Notes: generated by a model not told the origin, from the letters alone. A stretch of 64,000 bases of DNA from an uncultured delta proteobacterium (GCA_963816115.1 CAWFIZ010000008.1:189605-253604); one strand, 5' to 3'; positions 27,681-37,109 are shown, counted from the stretch's first letter. A program made the numbers and translations.

Positions 27681-29777
27681 ATGGAGCTCACAGAAATTTT
27701 TGGTTCTAACGTCTTTAACGACAAGGTAATGAAGCAACGTTTGCCGAAAGAGGTCTACAAGGCCCTGAAGAAGACGATCGAGCAGGGCACCCCGCTTCGC
27801 CCCGACGTCGCTGACGTGGTCGCCAATGCCATGAAGGACTGGGCCATTGAAAAAGGCGCGACCCACTACACCCACTGGTTCCAGCCGTTAACGGGCATCA
27901 CTGCGGAAAAACACGATTCATTCATTTCTCCGGCCCCGGACGGCGCCATTATCATGGAGTTCTCCGGTAAACAGCTGGTCCAGGGCGAGCCTGACGCGTC
28001 GTCCTTCCCGAGCGGCGGCCTCAGGGTAACCTTCGAGGCGCGGGGTTATACGGCCTGGGATTGCACATCGCCCGCATTCCTGAAGGAAGACGAAAGCGGC
28101 AACGTGACCTTCACGATCCCCACGGCCTTCTACTCCTATCGCGGTGAGGCCCTCGATAAAAAAACGCCCCTGCTGCGGTCCATGAGGGCCCTGTCCAAAC
28201 AGGCGCTTCGGGTCCTTAGAGCTCTCGGCAACACGACCTCCACGCAGGTCACCTCCACCGTCGGCCCTGAGCAGGAGTATTTCCTGGTTGACAAGAAATT
28301 CTACATGGATCGCCTCGACCTGCTGCTGGCCGGCCGGACCATATTCGGAGCACCCGCACCCAAGGGCCAGGAACTTGAAGACCAGTATTTCGGGGCCATC
28401 AAGGACCGGGTTTCCGACTACATGCACGACCTCGATATCGAACTGTGGAAGATGGGCATCATGTCAAAGACAAAACACAACGAGGTGGCGCCGGCACAAT
28501 ACGAGATGGCCCCGATCTTCGCCACCACGAACATCGCCACAGACCACAACCAGCTCGTCATGGAGACCATGCAGAAGGTGGCCTTCCGCAACGACCTCGT
28601 GTGCCTCCTTCACGAAAAACCTTACGCCGGCATCAACGGGTCCGGCAAGCACAACAACTGGTCGCTTTCCACCAATGACGGCACCAATCTGCTGGAACCA
28701 GGGAGCACGCCCAGCGAGAACGTCCAGTTCCTTTTGTTCCTGAGCGCCATGATCAAGGCCGTAGACACCCATGCCGATATCCTCAGGGCTACCTGCGCTT
28801 CGGCGGGTAATGACCACCGCCTGGGCGCCAACGAAGCGCCCCCGGCCATCATTTCCATATTCATGGGTGAAGAATTGACGGAAATACTCGAGAAGATCTC
28901 GAAAGGTGAAAAGATCTCCTCCAAGGACGAGCAGTTCGTCAGCGTAGGAGTCGATACGCTTCCCATCATCCCCAGGGACAATACGGACCGCAACAGGACC
29001 TCTCCCTTTGCATTCACAGGGAACAAGTTCGAGTTCAGGATGGTCGGCTCGGCGCAGTCGATAGCCGGCTCGAATGTCGCCCTCAATACCATCGCCGCTG
29101 AGGCGCTTGAGGAGATCGCTGCCCGACTGGAGAAAGCGAAAGACAAGAACGCCGAAGCTGCGGCTATCATCAAGGATACCTATAAGAAACATCACCGGGT
29201 GATCTTCAACGGGAACAACTATTCAGACGAGTGGCTAAAAGAAGCTAAAACAAGAGGTCTCCCCAACGTGGGAAACACCGTTGATGCCCTGAAGGCATTC
29301 ACCACTGAAAAGGCCTTCAAGCTCTTTGAGAAATATGATGTCCTTTCACGCAAAGAGCTCCATTCCCGCTATGATATCTACGTGGAGCATTACGCGAAAC
29401 AGATCAACATCGAGGCCCTTATCGCGATCGACATGGTCAGGAAACAGTTCCTGCCGGCCGGGTTGGAATATGCGACCTTTCTTGCCGATTCCGTCGACGA
29501 TCTCAAATCCGTCAGGGTTTCGGCCGCCGTTCCCGAAGACATGCTGAAGAAGCTCAGCGCGATCCTGACCTCTTCCTACAAGAACCTCGCCAGGCTCGAA
29601 GCGGCGGTTGCGAAGGCCCAGGAGATCGATGAAACGGTCAAGAAGGCCGAGAGCTACCGCGACAAGGTCTTTACTGTCATGCAGGCGCTTCGCGTCGATA
29701 TCGACAGTCTGGAGATGATCGTTCCCAGAGATACGTGGCCCGTTCCGACCTATACGGACCTTCTCTTCAAGCTTTAA
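27681..29777 (+). CDS. glnN: Glutamine synthetase type III
   Basis: 698 aa. AGGAGG ribosome-binding site. N-terminal [33 protein letters not shown] and overall length are typical of GSIII. Catalytic-core-like [10 protein letters not shown]. Confidence 0.85.
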   Translation: MELTEIFGSNVFNDKVMKQRLPKEVYKALKKTIEQGTPLRPDVADVVANAMKDWAIEKGATHYTHWFQPLTGITAEKHDSFISPAPDGAIIMEFSGKQLVQGEPDASSFPSGGLRVTFEARGYTAWDCTSPAFLKEDESGNVTFTIPTAFYSYRGEALDKKTPLLRSMRALSKQALRVLRALGNTTSTQVTSTVGPEQEYFLVDKKFYMDRLDLLLAGRTIFGAPAPKGQELEDQYFGAIKDRVSDYMHDLDIELWKMGIMSKTKHNEVAPAQYEMAPIFATTNIATDHNQLVMETMQKVAFRNDLVCLLHEKPYAGINGSGKHNNWSLSTNDGTNLLEPGSTPSENVQFLLFLSAMIKAVDTHADILRATCASAGNDHRLGANEAPPAIISIFMGEELTEILEKISKGEKISSKDEQFVSVGVDTLPIIPRDNTDRNRTSPFAFTGNKFEFRMVGSAQSIAGSNVALNTIAAEALEEIAARLEKAKDKNAEAAAIIKDTYKKHHRVIFNGNNYSDEWLKEAKTRGLPNVGNTVDALKAFTTEKAFKLFEKYDVLSRKELHSRYDIYVEHYAKQINIEALIAIDMVRKQFLPAGLEYATFLADSVDDLKSVRVSAAVPEDMLKKLSAILTSSYKNLARLEAAVAKAQEIDETVKKAESYRDKVFTVMQALRVDIDSLEMIVPRDTWPVPTYTDLLFKL

Positions 29778-29800
29778 ACGACACAGTCGTAGAGAATAAG

Positions 29801-29838
29801 AAAACGGCCGGTCCCTAACAAGAAGGACCGGCCGTTTT
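29801..29838. terminator. Rho-independent bidirectional terminator
   Basis: AAAACGGCCGGTCC, loop ctaacaagaa, GGACCGGCCGTTTT. Confidence 0.85.
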
Positions 29839-29959
29839 CACACACAGGGCCCGGGGCCGGAAAGATCTGAATTCCGGCGTAAGCCTTCGTTGACAATCAA
29901 ATATAATTTTAGTTGACAATTGATTGACAAAAGCTGTTCGGATGCACCGCGTTGCCGAT

Positions 29960-30952
29960 TTATCCCTGAATTCTGGCCAGGGCTTTTTTGACTGTTTCAC
30001 GGACCCACTCATCGGGGTCCTGTGTCATCGCGCGAAGTGCCGGGGCGGCATCTTTCGCGGCAGGGCCGATCTCGCCGAGCGCTGATGCGGCACAGCCGCG
30101 TATCCAGTTATCCTCATCGCTCAGGACCGCCGTGATCGCGGGAACCGCGGGTGCGGCCCGGGCACCCATATTCCCGAGCACATCGATGGCGGCGCCACGG
30201 ATGTCACGCCCCTTTTCGGCAATTGCCTTAACAAGGGCCGGGATGGAATCTACCGCCGCCGGGGTGGCCCTTCCCAGGGCCTTTACCGCCCACTCCGCCG
30301 CATATCGAGCGGTGTCCTCTTCAAGAACACGTACCAGGGCCGCTGCGTCATCAGGGCCCACGGGCCCTATGAAATAAATTGCGGCGGCCGCATGCCACCG
30401 GTCGGGCCAGTCCCTGTCGGAGAGCGCATCAAAAAGAACCGGCAGTGCCTCCCGGGCATTCTCACCTATCTTTTCCAGGGCATCTACCGCTTCCAGGCGG
30501 ACGTCATGGTCAACGCTGCGTACCCATTTGATGAGTTCGGCAACGGCCGCATTTCCATCCTCCCTGAAATTGGACAACGACAGTGCCGCCTGGAAGCGCA
30601 CACCTTCATCGGGATCTTTCAGCGCCCCCGTCAGGTCAGCTATGGCCTCGCGCCCCTGATGCCACAGCTCCCCAAGGGCTTCGGCCGCTGTGCAGCGAAC
30701 CGCCGGATCGGGGTTTTCGAGCTTTTTTCTCAATCTCTTCAGCTTGACCTTGTACCCGAGCCTGCCGAAAAGCATGGTGAGGCCGATGAGGGCGGCAATA
30801 GCGGCAATGATAAGCAGGAATGTGAGGACGCCCTTCCACAGCGACCTCTGGCCGAATGCGATGACGAGGGATATACAAAGGATAGCCGCCAGTATCCAGT
30901 ACTCCAGGAGCCTACCGTGACTATCGTTCAGCATTCTTTTCATGGTGTGCAT
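29960..30952 (-). CDS. Membrane-anchored HEAT-repeat (PBS lyase HEAT-like) protein
   Basis: Two N-terminal transmembrane helices followed by repeated ...VRxxAAxALGxIG... units. Confidence 0.7.
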   Translation of the reverse strand: MHTMKRMLNDSHGRLLEYWILAAILCISLVIAFGQRSLWKGVLTFLLIIAAIAALIGLTMLFGRLGYKVKLKRLRKKLENPDPAVRCTAAEALGELWHQGREAIADLTGALKDPDEGVRFQAALSLSNFREDGNAAVAELIKWVRSVDHDVRLEAVDALEKIGENAREALPVLFDALSDRDWPDRWHAAAAIYFIGPVGPDDAAALVRVLEEDTARYAAEWAVKALGRATPAAVDSIPALVKAIAEKGRDIRGAAIDVLGNMGARAAPAVPAITAVLSDEDNWIRGCAASALGEIGPAAKDAAPALRAMTQDPDEWVRETVKKALARIQG

Positions 30953-31029
30953 ATTTGCCAGAATATATCCTTCCGTTGAAAAATACAAACTCTTTTCAAG
31001 GCGGGAACGCGGACAGGCTGACCAGCCCG

Positions 31030-31983
31030 TCAGGTTATGGAGCCCACTCAGGTAGAACCGCGGGCGGCGGTGCAGCCATAGCAATGTTCGCCGGTCATGA
31101 TCTTTCTTTGCGACAGCGCGGACAGGTCAAAATCCCCTATATACTGCGGACAATCACGATGAACGGCAAGGTTGCTGATCTGGTTGAAATCGCAATCGTA
31201 GAGCCTCCCGTCCCAACCGACATTGATGCCGTGACGGCACATGAGCCCGGCAAGTGTGTCTTTATTCAGGGAATCCTTGAGGAGCGCCATGTAAAGCCCG
31301 AGATTGCCCGATCTTTCGAGAAAATTACGGAACCTTCCAAGGGGCATGTTCGTGAGCGCATACAGATTGTCAAAAACAATGCCGTGTTTTTCAAAAAGGA
31401 CCTTTTTATAAGCCGCTTCAAGTGTTGTCTGTTCGGGTGGCATGTCCACACCCTGCGGGTTATACATGATATTCAGGACCAGCCCCGTCGATCCATGGCC
31501 ATAGCCCAACCTGTTCAGCATACCGAGGGCCTCGATGCTTTTTTCAAAGACCCCGGGGCCTCGCACCCTGTTCACGTCCTCTTGAAGATAGTACGGCAAT
31601 GACGCGATAAGTGCGACGCCGTTATCCTTATAGAATTCGGGCAAGCCTTCCATCCCGTCCTCGAAGAAAACCGTCAGGTTTGTCCTCACGATCACCGGGC
31701 AACCAAATCCTTTTGCCCTTGAAACGAGATACCTGAAATACGGATTGAGTTCGGGCGCCCCACCGGTTACATCGAGGATGACGGCGGGGTTCTCTTCCAG
31801 GACCTTCAGAAGATGGTCGACACTCTCCCCGCCCATCTGTTCTTTCCTGCCCGGGCCCGCGTCCACATGGCAGTGCGCGCAGGCCATGTTGCAGGCAAAT
31901 CCCAGGTTCACCTGTATCGTTTTGATACCGGCTGCCTTCAGTCCTTCGGATTGTATCTGCTGTATGGCGGCGGCAAAGCTCAT
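31030..31983 (-). CDS. Radical SAM/Cys-rich 'selenodomain' protein (ArsS family), with probable Sec at UGA 31048-31050
   Basis: CNMACAHC radical SAM cluster motif. C-terminal HCYGCTAARGST-UGA-VGSIT-stop. The track ORF stops at the first TGA (31048). The next stop is the TGA at 31030-31032. Confidence 0.7.
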
Positions 31984-32083
31984 AATATGGAGTAATTATA
32001 ATACGTTTTGTCAATATTGCAAAGAGGCCTCACACGGTTATTGCATCAAAGGGGAATGTCGGATAGAATGGTATCTCTCCCTT

Positions 32084-33595
32084 ATGGACACAACACCTGC
32101 CATCTCCGTAATCATCCCCGTGCTCAATGAAGAAGGCGCAATTAATGACGTAATAGACCGCATTTTTAAAGAAAACAGCGGGAGCGGCTTCGAGGTCATC
32201 GTCGTGGATGGAGACGCCGGCGGGAGCACGGTTTCCCGTATAGAACGTAAAGACGTGGCCACACTTGTCGCCCCTTGCGGGCGAGGCCCGCAGATGAACG
32301 CGGGGGCGGCGGCGGCATGCGGCAACATCCTGCTTTTCCTCCACGCCGACACAATTCTGCCGTCTCGCGGCCTCGGTGAGATCGAGGCGATCATGAAAGA
32401 TCAACGGTTCGTAGGCGGCTCCTTTGACCTAGGTATCGCTTCGCGGCGATGCATCTTCCGGCTCATCGAAAAGGTTGCATCCCTGAGGTCTCGCATCACG
32501 AGGGTACCTTTTGGCGATCAGGCGATCTTCATTAGAAGAGACCATTTCAAGGAAATAGGCGGTTACCGCAAGATACCGATCATGGAGGATGTTGAGCTCA
32601 TGCGAAGGATCAGGAAAGATGGCGGCAGGATCTTTATAATCCCGCGAAAGGTTGTCACCTCGGCCCGAAGATGGGAACAGGAAGGGGCCCTTTATTGCAC
32701 GCTGAGAAACTGGTTCGTTCTCATTCTTTATCTTTTGAAGGTACCGCCGGAGAAGCTTGTCCGGTATTATCAGGGATGCCGGGCAAATAGTTCACTACTG
32801 CATTATATTTTATCATTCCGCACCGGGGATCGGAGGTGCTCTAAACTTGACCGCAGGTTTACGGGGTTTGACGTGACAAGAAACGACAGGTGCCTGATCA
32901 TGCTGGTTAAATATCCCGAAAAGGGTAAAGTGAAATCGCGCCTGGCGGGATCGATCGGTGAAAAGCACGCCCTGGCCCTGTACCGTTCTTTTGTCGAAGA
33001 TATCCTTAGCGTTCATGGACGCGGTTGCTACCAGACAGTGATCGCATATGACCCTCCGGGATCGCAAGCAAAGGTCGAAGGATGGCTCGGCAGCGAATGG
33101 ACGCTCGCAGAGCAATCACGGGGCAACCTTGGAGAAAGGATAGAGAACGCTTTTTTGGAGGCCTTTGCGCGGGACCATAGATATGCCGTCGTTGTCGCGA
33201 GCGACAACCCCGACCTCCCGGCTTCCTTTATCGATAAGGCATTTGATGCTGTAGAACGTGACGGCTCGGCCATAGGGCCGACGCGGGACGGGGGATTCTA
33301 TCTTCTTGGATTCAGAAAAGACAGGTTCTCGAAGGGTGTCCTGGATGGCATCCCGTGGAGCTCCGAGAGGGCGTGTGCGGCAGCATTAGAGAACATGAGG
33401 CAACGGGGCTGCCAGACCGTCATTCTCGACGAATGGTACGATATCGACACCATTGAAGACCTGCTTGCATACTATAAGCGCCAAGCTGCAGCAAACAAGG
33501 GTGATTCTCTGACCTATGCCTATCTTTCCGGCCAATGGGAGGCCATCCTGAAACAACACGGGCCGGAACATTCTGATAAGGAGAACAAACCGTGA
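32084..33595 (+). CDS. Fusion of a GT2-type glycosyltransferase (rSAM/selenodomain-associated transferase 2-like) and a DUF2064/CofC-like transferase (transferase 1-like)
   Basis: N-terminal half: ISVIIPVLNEEG...FLHADT...FGDQAIF...MEDVEL. C-terminal half: LIMLVKYPEKGKVKSRL...DNPDLP...GPTRDGGFYLLG. There is no stop between the halves. They are joined by a ~40-aa low-complexity linker. Confidence 0.7.
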   Translation: MDTTPAISVIIPVLNEEGAINDVIDRIFKENSGSGFEVIVVDGDAGGSTVSRIERKDVATLVAPCGRGPQMNAGAAAACGNILLFLHADTILPSRGLGEIEAIMKDQRFVGGSFDLGIASRRCIFRLIEKVASLRSRITRVPFGDQAIFIRRDHFKEIGGYRKIPIMEDVELMRRIRKDGGRIFIIPRKVVTSARRWEQEGALYCTLRNWFVLILYLLKVPPEKLVRYYQGCRANSSLLHYILSFRTGDRRCSKLDRRFTGFDVTRNDRCLIMLVKYPEKGKVKSRLAGSIGEKHALALYRSFVEDILSVHGRGCYQTVIAYDPPGSQAKVEGWLGSEWTLAEQSRGNLGERIENAFLEAFARDHRYAVVVASDNPDLPASFIDKAFDAVERDGSAIGPTRDGGFYLLGFRKDRFSKGVLDGIPWSSERACAAALENMRQRGCQTVILDEWYDIDTIEDLLAYYKRQAAANKGDSLTYAYLSGQWEAILKQHGPEHSDKENKP

Positions 33596-34290
33596 AAGGG
33601 TTTTTTACCAAAGGCAGGGTTGCCCTCATTGTTGCGCTCATCGCCCTTATCGTGCTGATCAAGTTCTCGGGGCTTACCGCCTTTCTTACACTTGGCCAGC
33701 TCAGGGCTCACCGGGACCTGCTTCTCGGAGAAGTGAGCGCCCATTATGTGCTTTCAGTTGTGCTTTACATTGCCCTCTACATTGTTGTCGCGGCATTATC
33801 GATCCCGGGCGGCGCGGTCCTCGATCTTGCCGGGGGATTCCTGTTCGGCACCGTGAGGGCGACGGTATTTGTAAGCGCAGGCGCCACGCTTGGGGCAACA
33901 GGAGCCTTTCTTATAACGCGCTATCTCATCGGGGACTGGATGCATAATAAATACGGAGGCCACCTCAAAAGGTTCAATGATGAGATCGACCGCAACGGCA
34001 TATATTATCTCCTGACGGTCCGGTTCATCCCGGCCTTTCCCTTTTTCCTGATCAATATTCTCGCGGGCCTTACCAGGGTCCCGCTGCGGTCTTTTTTGTG
34101 GACCACCGCCGTTGGCATACTGCCCGGGGCCGCTGCCTACACCTTCGCGGGCAGTCAATTAGGAACGATCAATTCACCCGGGGACATACTGTCAGCCAAT
34201 ATAATAGCCGCGTTTATCGTTCTGGCTCTTTTAAGCCTGGTACCCGCCATTGTGAACCACTTCAGAAAAAGGGGCCAACCCTCGCCTTAA
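33592..34290 (+). CDS. TVP38/TMEM64 (DedA-related) family membrane protein
   Basis: 232 aa, polytopic. The motif RFIPAFPFFLINILAGLT is typical of the family. Overlaps the upstream stop by 4 nt (GTGA). Confidence 0.75.
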   Translation: MKGFFTKGRVALIVALIALIVLIKFSGLTAFLTLGQLRAHRDLLLGEVSAHYVLSVVLYIALYIVVAALSIPGGAVLDLAGGFLFGTVRATVFVSAGATLGATGAFLITRYLIGDWMHNKYGGHLKRFNDEIDRNGIYYLLTVRFIPAFPFFLINILAGLTRVPLRSFLWTTAVGILPGAAAYTFAGSQLGTINSPGDILSANIIAAFIVLALLSLVPAIVNHFRKRGQPSP

Positions 34291-34576
34291 AGCTTTCAGG
34301 AAAACGGGAGAGCATTATCATCACAATGGGTGGCAACGATCTCAGGTCGATAAATTAAGTTGAATATTCGTCAATTATATATAAAAATGGGAACAACGGC
34401 ACGAGGCCGTGCATGACCAACGGCTACTATCAGCGATACGGACCTGTCATCGCCCAACATTCAAACCCTTATCCAGAATGGCCGGATCCAGGTCGTCACC
34501 GCTTCGACTAAAAATAAACCAGCAAAGACCGCTCCATCTTCCAGGGGCAACCGATATTAGCACATTGATGACAATC

Positions 34577-34633
34577 TGTCACATGTCAAGGGCAAACCCC
34601 CAAGGATGAGGGGTTTGCCCTTGACATGTGACA
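34577..34633. repeat. Perfect 24-bp-stem palindrome (TGTCACATGTCAAGGGCAAACCCC, 9 nt, reverse complement)
   Basis: Arms 34577-34600 and 34610-34633 are exact reverse complements. The element ends 3 nt from the stop of the minus-strand gene. A half copy is at 41308-41340. Confidence 0.9.
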
Positions 34634-34636
34634 TTA

Positions 34637-35446
34637 TCAATATCTGTATAGCGTTTCTCCGCCTGTTATGGTGATCCCCAGACTGAAATAGAAGGCGCCC
34701 GTTACCTCCACCGGGCCCAGGTCCGCGACCTCCTCGAACTGAGATTCGTAAAACTTCACGTCCCCGTCCCCGACCCACACGTCAGCCACCTTTGGATCAA
34801 CAACTTTGCTCGACGTGATCTCGTGTATGTCAGGCTTGCTTGTATCTTCGATCCCGGGGAAATGGCGCATAAGATAGAATTTCACAGGAGGTGCCTCGGA
34901 AGGTTCCGCCTGCCTTTTGAAGACCATTGACCCTTCCACGATCCTTTCCGCGTGGGAGGCGCAGATGCCTTTCACCTTTGCGCCCGGTTTTTTTCCTCCT
35001 ACCTTCGGAGTGAGATCGTGGAGCCTTGTCATGTACACGTTGCCGAGTTTTTTGGGAAACCCCTGAAAGAGCCCCCTGACGAGGGTGAAATCGTTGTCGA
35101 CCCATATGTACGGCACATAGTAGCCCGGCACACCGCGGAACTGGCAACTCACCATGACAATACACTCTTTGTACTGCGAACGTTCAGGATTCACAAAACT
35201 GAGGTCGGGATTCGCCTCGCTCGCGGAGACCCATTCGGTGAACCATACAACCCCTTCCCCCGGATTAGGCCCTGCCTCAAGCGGCGGCGGAAGGAGCTCC
35301 TTCATCTTTTTTTCGTCTGCCCTGAATACCAGGTGAAGTACATCACCCCCGTAATGCCAGGGCGGAGGATCGATCATTGACGCCCTCCCTTTAGGACTTA
35401 GCGGCAATGAGTAACCTTTCAATGAAAAATCTTTATCCGTTCCCAT
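34637..35446 (-). CDS. Acetoacetate decarboxylase (ADC) family protein
   Basis: 269 aa. PPPWHYGGDVLHLVF... and the overall pattern fit the ADC-like beta-cone family. Confidence 0.65.
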   Translation of the reverse strand: MGTDKDFSLKGYSLPLSPKGRASMIDPPPWHYGGDVLHLVFRADEKKMKELLPPPLEAGPNPGEGVVWFTEWVSASEANPDLSFVNPERSQYKECIVMVSCQFRGVPGYYVPYIWVDNDFTLVRGLFQGFPKKLGNVYMTRLHDLTPKVGGKKPGAKVKGICASHAERIVEGSMVFKRQAEPSEAPPVKFYLMRHFPGIEDTSKPDIHEITSSKVVDPKVADVWVGDGDVKFYESQFEEVADLGPVEVTGAFYFSLGITITGGETLYRY

Positions 35447-35536
35447 AAAACCCTCCCCCTGTAAATGATATCTAAGAGTTTTTTCCGCATCTCCTCATTG
35501 ACAGAAAGTATCACATTATAGTTTACTGGAACAAGC

Positions 35537-36052
35537 ATGATCGTTGGATTTGACGGTAAATATCCCAGGGTGGACCCGACGGCATTCATTGTTGATAATG
35601 CCATGGTCATCGGCGATGTGGAGATAGGGCCCAGAACGAACATCTGGTTCCAGAGTATTCTCCGGAGCGATACCAACTACATCCGCGTCGGTTCAAGGTG
35701 CAACATCCAGGACGCCTGCGTCCTTCATGTGGCAAAGGACCTCCATCCCGTGGTCCTTGAAGACGATGTGGTCCTTGGCCACCGCGTGGTCGCCCACGGG
35801 TGCCGCATCAGGCGGGGGGCGCTAATCGGTATCGGGGCCGTCGTTCTCGACGGGGCCGAGGTCGGTGAAGAATCTATCGTCGGCGCAGGGTCGGTGGTAA
35901 GTCCGGGAAGCGTGATACCCCCGCGGACTCTTGCAATGGGTATCCCGGCCAGGGTCATCCGAACCCTCGAAGACAAGGACATCAAAAAGATCCGCGACAT
36001 CGCCGAAGAATACCTTGAGTTGATGGAACTCTATAAAAAACAACCGCTTTAA
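35537..36052 (+). CDS. Gamma-class carbonic anhydrase-like / left-handed beta-helix (YrdA/PaaY-like) protein
   Basis: 171 aa. Hexapeptide repeats. NIWFQSILRSD...IRVGSRCNIQDACVLH. Confidence 0.8.
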   Translation: MIVGFDGKYPRVDPTAFIVDNAMVIGDVEIGPRTNIWFQSILRSDTNYIRVGSRCNIQDACVLHVAKDLHPVVLEDDVVLGHRVVAHGCRIRRGALIGIGAVVLDGAEVGEESIVGAGSVVSPGSVIPPRTLAMGIPARVIRTLEDKDIKKIRDIAEEYLELMELYKKQPL

Positions 36053-36152
36053 AACCCGTGAATTCCACCATCACAAAAATGTTTGCAAAACACACCCGGG
36101 CTGTAGGAAAATAGGAGGTGTCAGTTTTCATCACGGTGAATGAGAGGGTGAC

Positions 36153-36512
36153 ATGAAGTCCGGCACGATCATTCTAGCAGCAGCGATCATTATACTATTC
36201 TCTTTCGAATGCGGCGCGCAGTGGGTCCCCAAGTCTACGGCACCTGCGCCGCGGGGAAAAACAGGTGACTCCGTAACGCCCACGGCGAACCCGAAAACCA
36301 CGGGCTCCAGGGTTGCCCCTTCTGTCGGCATAGTCATCAACACCCAGACGCTCACCATAACCGGGGCACCTTCCGCTTCACAACCTTTTTCGCCGTTGAT
36401 GATCAGCACGGCGACCCTTACCATAACAGGCGCTGCCACGGACGGGAAATTCTCACCCGTCAATATCAATACGCAAGCACTCACCATAACCGGTATCTCC
36501 GGAGGCAAATGA
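36153..36512 (+). CDS. Small secreted protein with three ~21-aa repeats ending in TLTITG
   Basis: Signal peptide MKSGTIILAAAIIILFSFECGA. Repeats INTQTLTITG, ISTATLTITG and INTQALTITG. Confidence 0.5.
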   Translation: MKSGTIILAAAIIILFSFECGAQWVPKSTAPAPRGKTGDSVTPTANPKTTGSRVAPSVGIVINTQTLTITGAPSASQPFSPLMISTATLTITGAATDGKFSPVNINTQALTITGISGGK

Positions 36513-36527
36513 GCATGAGGAGGATCT

Positions 36528-36971
36528 ATGCTTAGAAATATCATACATACCAGACATTACATTTTTGCGTTTATCCTGCTGCTTGGCAGTACCGGATTAT
36601 GTTTTGCGGAAGATTTCACCTTTAACGTACCCGTCGCACTCTATAATATTCCTGCACAATATGTCACCGCCAAAGTGCAGTGCCGCTGCAATTTGGCGGC
36701 CTCTTCTAATTCAAAAATGGGTGCATATGGCCAAACCATTGGCTACGGTGAAAGAGAGCTTCCCATCACGAACGGCACTTATGTCGGAACGGCCGTCATC
36801 AAGTTCAACACTTTATCCGGAGCAAACCCCGCCAGCGCCGCCGACTGGTTCTGTTCGCTTGCCTTCTTTGACAAAACCTCGAACAGTTGGAAAGCAGCGG
36901 ACCGCTTGATGTACAACTCATACAACAGATCCAAACCCTATAAGACCAGTGACCATGGCTATCTCAAATAA
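36528..36971 (+). CDS. Secreted hypothetical protein
   Basis: 147 aa with a signal peptide ending LCFA. Starts 16 nt after the upstream gene, preceded by GAGGAGG. Confidence 0.55.
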   Translation: MLRNIIHTRHYIFAFILLLGSTGLCFAEDFTFNVPVALYNIPAQYVTAKVQCRCNLAASSNSKMGAYGQTIGYGERELPITNGTYVGTAVIKFNTLSGANPASAADWFCSLAFFDKTSNSWKAADRLMYNSYNRSKPYKTSDHGYLK

Positions 36972-37044
36972 CAATCCCCTTTTGCTTGCATACGCAAATA
37001 AAAACAGGTTGAATGTTGGCCATATTACAGTAGAATGGGAAAAC

Positions 37045-37070
37045 CAGGTTATGGGTTATAGGTTATGGGA
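37045..37070. repeat. Single arm of the GGTTATGGGT/GTTATAGGT repeat family
   Basis: CCAGGTTATGGGTTATAGGTTATGGG matches the arm at 22355-22387 apart from a ~5-nt deletion. Confidence 0.55.
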
Positions 37071-37109
37071 ACAACCAAATTACCTGAAGCGTTCTAAATC
37101 GGAGGGAAA

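Noticed and set aside
34300-34576. A ~280-nt non-coding stretch after the TVP38 gene, scanned for a gene fragment, tRNA or known RNA motif
   Set aside because: No convincing reading frame, cloverleaf or recognisable riboswitch-like motif was found by eye.
36131-36544. A 137-aa minus-strand ORF overlapping the TLTITG-repeat gene
   Set aside because: The plus-strand ORF has a ribosome-binding site and a clean signal peptide and is followed closely by a co-oriented gene. The minus-strand product simply mirrors the repeat (PVMVS...). This rejection is not fully certain.
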